A DNA stretch of 64,000 nt from Antedon mediterranea (Eukaryota > Animalia > Echinodermata). Shown in pieces: positions 53,413 through 62,122 of the stretch; the first letter of the stretch is position 1; every line of letters begins with the position of its first letter. The position numbers were made by a program, and so were the translations under genes. The stretch spans positions 6,696,001 to 6,760,000 of the forward strand of contig NC_092680.1 of NCBI RefSeq assembly GCF_964355755.1. Reading direction: 5' to 3'. The notes below the pieces were generated by a model that worked only from the letters and a program-made list of their open reading frames with translations, did no database searches and was not told where the DNA came from.

Positions 53413-53930
53413 ATTGACGGTAATGGTAAAGATAGCTTTTATTTTTAAAATAGTTAAGTTAAATATTATTTCCTAAATTAACTTAACCCTCGAAATATCT
53501 CTCTTTTAAAATAAAAGAAAATATTAATTTTTATATTTAAAAAAAAGATTAGAAAGCAAGCTGGCACTCAAGAGTACTCAAATAGAACATTACCCGTTAA
53601 GCCACAAAGTACATGACAAAAACAAATGACAATATATGTATACGTGCTTCATAATGCGTAATTCATCAGACTGAGCGTCGTGAATAAAGGTTGAGATAGT
53701 TGCAGATCTCTCTGCAAGCGGTCGAGATGTAAAAAGGCGTCGAACACCTTGGATGCCGAACCAAACGATGCTGACGTCCCCTGCGCAACTAGTGGCGCCG
53801 CCACTGATTTACTACTACACCTTTGGTGCCGGGGCGCGATTTTTTTTTTCGTACATAAGTTGGGGACCCCCTCATGAAACGTCACAAAATAAACATGAAT
53901 AATTCATCAGTTAAATTTTCTTGTTCCGTG

Positions 53931-55885
53931 CGTATCCGGATATTCACCCCCTGGACATTTACCACCCGGAAAACTACCCCCCGGACAACCACCACCTGGA
54001 CCACTACCCCCTTAGGACAACTACCCCTTTAGGACAACTACCCCCCGGACAAATACCCCCCGGACAACTACCCCCTTAGGACAACTACCCCCTTAGGACA
54101 ACTACCCCCCGGACAACTACCCCCCGGACAATTACCCCCTAGGAACAATTACCCCCCGGACATTTACCCCCCGGACAATTACCCCCCGGACAATTACCCC
54201 CCGGACAACTACCTCTGACACAATACTCCCCGTAGGACAACTACTTCCTGGACAATACTCCGAGGGAAAATAATCTTTTAGGACAACTACCTCCGTAGGA
54301 CAACTAACCCCTGGACAACTACCCCCCGGACAATTACCCCCTAGGAACAATTACCCCCGGACAATTACCCCCTAGGAACAATTACGCCCTGACAACCCCC
54401 TCCCCCCCCCCCCACCCGGGTAATTACCCCGCGGACAACTACCTCTGACACAATACCGGGTAGGACAACTACCTCCTGGACCTGGACAATACTCCGAGGG
54501 CAAATAATATTTTAGGACAACTACCTCCGTAGGACAACTAACCCCTGGACAACTACCACCCAGAAAACTATCCCTTTAGAACAACTACCCCCCGGACGGA
54601 CAACTACCACCCAGACCATTCAACAACCTGACTCTGCAACAGTGTATAATAGGAATTAATAACTATATTTTAATTCGTTACTTTGACGAATTACTATTCA
54701 TTATTGTAAACAAAAGTAAAAGATTGAACATAAATATAGCCTGGTTTAAACTGAAGATTGTCACACATGATCATAGGATAGTCGAACGTATTATATAGTA
54801 CTCCCTGTATTTACTGTAAAGACTGGGTTCGCTAATAATAATAATAATGTTTGCGTCAGGACAATGCTTCGATAACCACTGGTTTTAAAAGAATTAATTT
54901 TTGTCTCAAATTTGTCATATATGTATTTTTGTACACTTGAAGAATAATATCACTTTTGATATTTGACCTCAATGTTCACTCACCGAATAAACGGCGATCT
55001 TTAAATAAATTCCCCTCAAATAAACGGTGATCATGTCACTCCCATGAAACATCATATGGAATTAATAATCGGCGTCTATTTCCATTAGATTATACCCCCT
55101 CCCATTGAATAAACAACTTTCTTCCAATAAATGTCCACCTAAAAACCACCTAAACAATAAACAGCCCAGGCCGTTTTGTCAATAAATACGGTACTTTAAA
55201 TCTAGCACATCTAGGGTCTAGCGTGCTGTTAAACAGAATAATCGGTTAAAAACGGGTGTTTCGAAACTAGAGACCCGAGACCAGAGACCCGAGACCCAAT
55301 ACGAAAAGGGAGACCTAAATATACGAAAAGAGAGACCCACGTACGAAAAGGGAGACCCTACTATACGAAAAGAGAGACCCTAATATACGAAAAGGGAGAC
55401 CTAAATATACGAAAAGGGAGACCCAAATTATACGAAAAGGGAGACCCCACTATACGAAAAGAGAGACCACACTATACGAAAAGGGAGACCCTAATATACG
55501 AAAAGGGAGACCCAAATATAGGTCTCCCTTTTCGTATTGGGTCTCGGGTCTCTAGTTTCGAAACACCCGTTAAAAACATATGATTTCATTTTTACAGAAA
55601 CCGTTTGTCTACTTTTGGATTGGGGGGGGGGGGGTAGTTGACCGGGGGGTAGTTGACCGGGGGGTAGTTATCCTAAGGGGGTAGTTATCCTAAGGGGGTA
55701 GTTGTCCGGGGGGTAGTTGTCCGGGGGGTTGTTATCCGGGGGGTTGTTATCCTAAGGGGGTAGTTGTCCTAAGGGGGTAGTTGTCCGGGGGGTAGTTGTC
55801 CGGGGGGTAGTTGTCCTAAGGGGGTAGTTGTCCGGGTGGTAAATATCCGGGGGGTAACTGTCTAGGGGGTAGGTGTCCTAGAACC
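53931..55885. mobile_element. Non-autonomous DNA element with GC-rich minisatellite inverted arms and 8-bp TSD
   Basis: Left arm (GGACAACTACCCCC)n at 53931-54615; right arm is the reverse-complement array at 55620-55885; TSD GTTCCGTG at 53923-30 and 55886-93; the empty site is visible in the mirrored arm near 63900. Confidence 0.85.
55254..55568. mobile_element. MULE-like MITE with internal ~24-bp tandem repeat, nested in the previous element
   Basis: TIR GGGTGTTTCGAAACTAGAGACCCGAGACC; 9-bp TSD GTTAAAAAC (55245-53, 55569-77); unit TATACGAAAAG(G/A)GAGACCC. Confidence 0.88.
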
Positions 55886-56155
55886 GTTCCGTGTGCACCC
55901 AAGCGTATAGCAACAAGAAGTGATTACACAAGTGCGGTACGATTCTAGGCCTATCTCCGCTGTTGAAGAATAGCGGCGTTTTGTGTGGATTGTCGAAATA
56001 ATCGGCCTTTAGTTTATGGTGTTTTTAATATAATTTATTACTAAAGAATTACGTGTTAAAATTATAGTTTCTATTAATACTATTAGGCCTAATTATTAGT
56101 CTCTAAACCCATGTCTATTCTAGTAGTAGCTGTGTGTGACGTGTGTGTGCGTTAG

Positions 56156-56192
56156 GTATGACCAAAGATAGTTACACTATCTTTGGTATGAC
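56156..56192. other. P-type footprint of a different family (TSD GTATGAC)
   Basis: GTATGAC-CAAAGATAGT-TAC-ACTATCTTTG-GTATGAC. Confidence 0.65.
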
Positions 56193-56571
56193 ACAATCCG
56201 AGTAATAAGTCAGCAAAATTAAACAATAAACATTACACAAAATTACATTTTTTATTCTCGTGGGTCAAATCTTCCCATCTCATGTGTTCATATACGCGCA
56301 TTTTTAAAGTTCCTTTGAGTACATTGCATATTGTTTGATAATTGATAGCAGAATTAAAAAAATACAGTACACAAATTATACACATTCTTTATTCTTGTGG
56401 GTCTAAGCTTTTAGTCTGGGAGCCCAGAAGGTTTTAATTAGCAATTTGAGTACAAAAGGTTTGAGGTGTGGAGTGTGTAGATATGGTCTATGGGACCCAG
56501 AAATGGCAATTCTTAAGTGACGGGTCCTGTTCAATTTTAGGGGGGAACCACCCAAATGACCCCTAAAATTG

Positions 56572-57279
56572 AATTTAATTAGCATATCGAGTACATCGAT
56601 CAAACCAATCCTAAAATGTTCTCCTAACTATCAGGAATCAAGATCCATAATTCTTAAGTGACCATTCCTGTGCTAAATTAACTTAAGAACGCACTTAATT
56701 AGTGCTGATTAGACATTTAATTAGCATTTTGAGTACATCAACGAAATTCACATGACATATACTTATGAACATACTGATTAAGGATTCATCATTCTTAAGT
56801 TTGAAATCCGGGGCCAAATCCACTTAAGAATGGGTCAAAGGTTAAAATAATTAAAATTCAAATTTAATTAGCATATCGAGTACATCGACCAAACCAATTC
56901 TAAAATGTTCTCTGACCTATCAGGAACCAAGATCCATAATTCTTAAGTGACCATTCCTGTGCTAAATTAACTTAAGAACGCACTTAATTAGTGCTAATTA
57001 GACATTTAATTAGCATTTTGAGTACATCAACGAAATTCACATGGCATATACTTATGAACATTCTGATTAAGGATTCATCATTCTTAAGTTTGAAATCCGG
57101 GGCCAAATCCACTTAAGAATGGGTCAAAGGTTAAAATAATTAAAATTCAAATTTAATTAGCATATCGAGTACATCGACCAAACCAATTCTAAAATGTTCT
57201 CTGATCTATCAGGAACCAAGATCCATAGTTCTTAAGTGACCATTCCTGTGCTAAATTAACTTAAGAACGCACTTAATTA
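56572..57279 (+). repeat. 289-bp tandem repeat (~2.4 copies) within the Academ left TIR, mirrored at ~62480-63270
   Basis: AATTTAATTAGCATATCGAGTACATCGA recurs at 56572, 56861 and 57150; many CTTAAG palindromes per unit. Confidence 0.9.
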
Positions 57280-57469
57280 CACTTGACTGGATTGTTTGAA
57301 TACGGTTTCTTTATTTGGTATATCACAAAATCCACTTAAGAATATTTCTCTAAATGAATATTTCACTAAATGTCAAAATGTAAAAAAATCTATCATAAAA
57401 GTCTACATAAACTTCAGATAAAATCCACAACAACAGTTTTTTTCTTCTAGTGTCGATATTGTAATAACA

Positions 57470-60400
57470 TTACTGTTGATCATCTTCATTCTCTGATGCA
57501 GATTCATCGTCTGATGATACAGTCATATCATCCTCCTCGTCATCATCATCTGAATCTGAATCTATGTCTTTATTCTCTGGAATTAATGAATCTGGAAGCT
57601 GAGCCCCTTCATGCCAAATAGGTTGATAAAGACCACTTTGAAAGTCCCAGCCATTTGAAATAATTGGATGTTGTTGGATTGTTGTCTGGTCAGCATCTGC
57701 CCACATTTTAGCAATGAAAGATACACGTTTAATATGGCAATTAAGTTCAGCTTCGCATGGTGGAATGACACTTGCATTAATGCCTTTCAGTTTCTCAAGT
57801 GGATTCTTTGACGTTGCACTTGGACTATAGCCTCGTTCAAATATGCTGTACCGGAATTCATTCAGTGTGCCTTTATATGAGTTTTTGGCACCATATACTT
57901 GAGCGGTAAACGTTTGAAGAGTAGTTTGTGCATCTCCACTTAATGAACCTTCACATGTAATTTCATTGAATGCTTTTTGGGCTTCAATATTCTTCAACAG
58001 TTTAGCAAATGGTTGCACTTTGCCTTTCCGTACAAATGAAGAGGTATAATCACACCCAGTAAAAGCATGAAATGCTGGTAGTGATAAACATAACTGCAAA
58101 CCAAGTATCTGATGTATACTCGACAAACAGATGTATCTACGACTATTTTTAGCAGATATACCAACATCCATCCACAATTTAGAGGCAAACTTATTGCAAT
58201 GATACAACATTATAACTGCTATGTCGGTGTCCGATGCTCGTATGACTATATCTCCTCTCAGACCAATACTTTCAATAAACTTAGCATGCAGACATATTTT
58301 GGTATCTGCTTCTTCATGGTTGCTTCTGAGGGCTGCAACATCTTCTCGAGTAACTACACCATCAAAAACTCGAAAAAGGTAGCACTCTCCAGGTACATCA
58401 AGAAACACCTTTTTATCCCGGAATATGTCAGCATAAGTCTGGTCCTGCCATTCTTTTGCGAGAAATTGAGGCAATTGAGATTTAAATGATCTGGATTTCA
58501 AGGCATCATTGATATGTTTTGGTCTAACTTGTTCTGGTCCTGTTATTAGATACTCTCTTTCTTCAACTCCTCTTCTACCTCTCTCAAAATCTTTCAGTGA
58601 TGGTTGTGGATAATCATCAAAGAGCAGGTGGACTTCCTTGGTTTGTGTGTTTGCTGATAAAGCCTGAATCAACACACTTCTGGCTAGTCCTCCATAGTTT
58701 GGTGGAATGTATGGTGGTAACGTATGTAATAAGAATTGGCCATCTATTATGTAGGCACATGGATATTGAGGATTAATATTCCCATCTTTCACTTTTGACT
58801 CAAGTACACCAAGCAGTGAACTTTTTGGTGTTTTGGTCATAGTTCCATCTGCATTACAAAGAGAAAGCGGAACAGGCGTCAAGGGGTAGCTAAATATATA
58901 TGGCAGGTCAAGGTTGCGTTTGGTCGCTAACAACACTAGTCGACCCATTAGATCTCTGCTACACTTGAGCTCTGCTATGCGTTTATCTTTTGTGCTCTTG
59001 TTGCTGGCACAATCATATGCAAATGTCTTTATTGGCGTCTTCTTGATTCTTTGCTCAAATCTGCTAGGATCTTTGACACAAGACTGTACAAACTCCTGAT
59101 GTCTAGACTGTCCGCATTGAGGTATGTTCAGTAAGCTTTCCTTTACCACAGTACTGACGGCTTTGCCTGTGTTGATATTAAATAGTTTAGTAGATGTGTC
59201 TATCACTCTATCAAAAGGATTATGTGTATCCTCTATGTGTTTTATTACAGCAGTTAGATCCCGGTTGTCACGATGTATTCGTGCAGGTTTAATCTCTGAA
59301 GCAATGTCGTCTTTTGAAAGCAGTCCTGCCATTTCATGAACAATGCTAACAAATGACGCACGGGTGGATCTTGTAATCATCCATCGTAGACGAGCACCAT
59401 AGTTGTTAGTTGCAGATGTTATTCCACTAAGTCTAGAAGCAGCATCGGCATTTACTGTTTGCTCAAGTGTCAGATCTACTGGTATTCGACTAAAAGCATT
59501 GTCTGTACGCCGGATACTGAATGCACCTTTCTCTAATATACTCCGGAGTCCAGGATGCGAGTTATCAATATTGGCGAGATCGAGTTGGAATTTTGTTAAC
59601 CATCGTGCATAGTTGATGTGATTTGTGGCAAAAAACAGACCAATAATGGGAGTAAGAGAGTAGATGTAAAGACTGATGTTATTGGTTCGGATTGACCTCT
59701 CTAGGTTATGATAGCTACGGATATAGTCAATGTACATAAGCCAAAATTGAGCAGTGAATCCATGTGCTCCCGAACGTGTCAAATCTGCAAACTGTTTGTA
59801 TGCTGTACATGCATGACTAAATGTAGCGGAGTTGATGGCTTCTTCATGACTTGGTTCATTGGTTAATTCCGTTAGCTGTTCTCTGTTGCTATAGTCTTTC
59901 ATGAATTCCCGAAAATGTAGAATTTCAAAAGCAAGAGCCAATATGGGGTGTAAACGTTTACATCTATTGAAATGTTTTCCACTTAGAAAACCGTTAAGTG
60001 ACCCGGGAGCAAGCACATCAGTATTGGTAAGCATATCAGGACCTCCTGAATTAGAAAGAAGCTTTCCAACAGCTTTAAAAAAGGCCATTTCCACATGGAA
60101 AGCACCTAACATAATAAATATGTCATCAAACCTTGGTTTTTCTGTTGCTTGTATTTGCATAGCTGGCTTTGCTGCATTTAAATCGTAAGTCACGATTCCG
60201 AATTTCTGCTCACATTCATTAGTGCATCTTTGGGTTATCAAGAGTGTCTCTTGTATGACATCTAACCTAGTGATTGGTTGTTGCAAATTTGGCATATATA
60301 GAACTGCCTGTTTTGGCAAATTGTCTGAATATGATGCAGCATTGTAACCGACCCACATAGGAATGTAATTCTCTTTCAAGGCATGTTTTAACACCCAAAG

Positions 60401-62122
60401 GAAGTCCATATTCCATGCCACTGCGCTGACATCAGGGAGACTAGAAATATCTGTAACATTGTAGTTAAATTCGGTCATTTTTGGTTTCTTACGATATGGC
60501 TCTAGAGCAGACATCTGTGGCGCTAGTGATCGCTTTCTACCTTTCTGTTGTTTGTTAGTTACACAGGAATGGCCTTCTGTGACATTTGTTTCATTAGTTT
60601 CTTGCTCGTCTGATATATTTTGGTATAGTATTCCCATTGTGTCATGAAGTGTGTTGGCACCCGAAAGTGTCTGAGTCATTTCATCAAAATTATCAAATGC
60701 AAGTCCCATTGGTATGTGTTTAACGGTTCCAATGGGGCATGCCAGCATCCTCTCTTGTATTTTCTCAGCCGTATTTGTTTCAAGTTCTTCAAGGCAGTTG
60801 TAATTTAGGCTATGTCCAAACCTATTTAGAACCTGTACTAACTTTTTGCTACCTGTAACAGTCTTTACAGCCATACCCAATGCCACTTGCTTTGCTGGTT
60901 TCACTTTACCTCTTTTGACAATGAAAAGTGCATCATCACAAGATGATTTAACACGTCGCTTCACCTGCTCAGAACACTTAGTTTGTTCTGCTCCACTGTA
61001 CAATGCAGTGAAAAATGTGGATAACAACTTGGGGGGAAAAGCATCCCCTTCCTTTAAATCATCCAGGGTAGGATTTTCAGGAAGGTCTTTCTTTTGAATG
61101 CCAAATATGTTTTTACGAAGTAGAAAAGCTGCCTTGGTAACAATGTGTTCATCATCCGATGCATAGTCATATGCAACACGTACAGATTTATCGGCAGTGT
61201 CAGAATTGTAAATAATAATTCCCAGTTTCTTTGTTTCTGTGTGGAAACGTAGTTTCTTACCAAATTTGTTTATCAAATTACGCATAAGACTCTGTGCACT
61301 ATTTATGGGTGTTGTTTCAGAAAGTGTACACATATCAGTATATCTGGCATACACTGATGTCAAAAGCTCAGGTCTTTTGTTGCAGATGATTGCTTTTTCT
61401 ACATAGTTATGGATATTTTGTATCATGGTTAGTTTGGATGACTCATTTGAATCCAATTCGCTCTGACTTGAAACCCTTTTGGCCGACATCAAATATGCAC
61501 TTTTACAAGAGTGGTGATATTTTGCTTCTTTGGCTACTAAGTCAATACCACTTATTTTGGATAACAGTTTGGAATCATTTAAAGCAGAAGCTGCCTCATG
61601 GATGCTCTGACCAGCTTCAATTGTCTCACAACTACCAGCTACTTCATACTGACCTTTCTTGCGTTTTCTTGCATTCCCACAAAATATACATTGAGGAGGG
61701 AAAATACCAGATGTTGATGACAGCGACCTATCGCTTTCGGGTGTAGCTGAACGTAAATGTGGACTCTCAGCAGTGCTTCCTAACTTGTGTGTATGTGGTG
61801 CCTTATCCGTGGATGCAGTTTCTGACGGTATAGCAGTAAAATTCTTGTAACACATCACATGATAACCTTCATTTTCGTCAGGAGATGACGGTAATTTTTG
61901 CACAATGTTGTGATATACAGATTCCACAAAATTACACTTTTTACGTCTACTTTCTGCTGCCAGTAAAACCGCTTTCCAATGTTTATCACTGAATGAGAGG
62001 ATATTTCCCCACTTTGACTTTTGCTTGGGCTTTTCAATGTGGAGAATGCAAACGTTGGACGATTTCATCTGAGTTTCAGCACTACTTTCAAGAGTCTGAT
62101 CTGGGTCCGTAAAGCTTTCCAT
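57470..62122 (-). CDS. Academ transposase fused to an XPG/FEN1-like nuclease domain, 1550 aa, uninterrupted
   Basis: N-terminal CIFC..EAKYHHSC; core motifs AFDNFD, VTYD, LGAFH and DLTLEQTVN; C-terminal XPG-type motifs IIDG, HEEAD, SDTD and FTGCDY.SF..KGK; acidic tail. Confidence 0.9.
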   Translation of the reverse strand: MESFTDPDQTLESSAETQMKSSNVCILHIEKPKQKSKWGNILSFSDKHWKAVLLAAESRRKKCNFVESVYHNIVQKLPSSPDENEGYHVMCYKNFTAIPSETASTDKAPHTHKLGSTAESPHLRSATPESDRSLSSTSGIFPPQCIFCGNARKRKKGQYEVAGSCETIEAGQSIHEAASALNDSKLLSKISGIDLVAKEAKYHHSCKSAYLMSAKRVSSQSELDSNESSKLTMIQNIHNYVEKAIICNKRPELLTSVYARYTDMCTLSETTPINSAQSLMRNLINKFGKKLRFHTETKKLGIIIYNSDTADKSVRVAYDYASDDEHIVTKAAFLLRKNIFGIQKKDLPENPTLDDLKEGDAFPPKLLSTFFTALYSGAEQTKCSEQVKRRVKSSCDDALFIVKRGKVKPAKQVALGMAVKTVTGSKKLVQVLNRFGHSLNYNCLEELETNTAEKIQERMLACPIGTVKHIPMGLAFDNFDEMTQTLSGANTLHDTMGILYQNISDEQETNETNVTEGHSCVTNKQQKGRKRSLAPQMSALEPYRKKPKMTEFNYNVTDISSLPDVSAVAWNMDFLWVLKHALKENYIPMWVGYNAASYSDNLPKQAVLYMPNLQQPITRLDVIQETLLITQRCTNECEQKFGIVTYDLNAAKPAMQIQATEKPRFDDIFIMLGAFHVEMAFFKAVGKLLSNSGGPDMLTNTDVLAPGSLNGFLSGKHFNRCKRLHPILALAFEILHFREFMKDYSNREQLTELTNEPSHEEAINSATFSHACTAYKQFADLTRSGAHGFTAQFWLMYIDYIRSYHNLERSIRTNNISLYIYSLTPIIGLFFATNHINYARWLTKFQLDLANIDNSHPGLRSILEKGAFSIRRTDNAFSRIPVDLTLEQTVNADAASRLSGITSATNNYGARLRWMITRSTRASFVSIVHEMAGLLSKDDIASEIKPARIHRDNRDLTAVIKHIEDTHNPFDRVIDTSTKLFNINTGKAVSTVVKESLLNIPQCGQSRHQEFVQSCVKDPSRFEQRIKKTPIKTFAYDCASNKSTKDKRIAELKCSRDLMGRLVLLATKRNLDLPYIFSYPLTPVPLSLCNADGTMTKTPKSSLLGVLESKVKDGNINPQYPCAYIIDGQFLLHTLPPYIPPNYGGLARSVLIQALSANTQTKEVHLLFDDYPQPSLKDFERGRRGVEEREYLITGPEQVRPKHINDALKSRSFKSQLPQFLAKEWQDQTYADIFRDKKVFLDVPGECYLFRVFDGVVTREDVAALRSNHEEADTKICLHAKFIESIGLRGDIVIRASDTDIAVIMLYHCNKFASKLWMDVGISAKNSRRYICLSSIHQILGLQLCLSLPAFHAFTGCDYTSSFVRKGKVQPFAKLLKNIEAQKAFNEITCEGSLSGDAQTTLQTFTAQVYGAKNSYKGTLNEFRYSIFERGYSPSATSKNPLEKLKGINASVIPPCEAELNCHIKRVSFIAKMWADADQTTIQQHPIISNGWDFQSGLYQPIWHEGAQLPDSLIPENKDIDSDSDDDDEEDDMTVSSDDESASENEDDQQ

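Noticed and set aside
54804-55191. Possible Tc2-like MITE inside the minisatellite element
   Set aside because: The right end AATAAATACGG-TA fits, but the left TIR is too degenerate to define.
55280-55520. CRISPR-like repeat/spacer array
   Set aside because: Eukaryotic context; the variable parts are only 3-6 nt and the array lies inside a TIR/TSD-bounded MITE. The same applies to arrays at 47000-47640 and 53940-54615.
58112-61746. Several short ORFs antisense to or overlapping the Academ ORF
   Set aside because: Shadow frames of a long coding sequence; no motifs.
57470-62122. Host XPG/FEN1 repair gene or viral gene
   Set aside because: Intronless, bounded by long TIRs and a TSD, with a transposase-type N-terminal two-thirds, so it is transposon-encoded.
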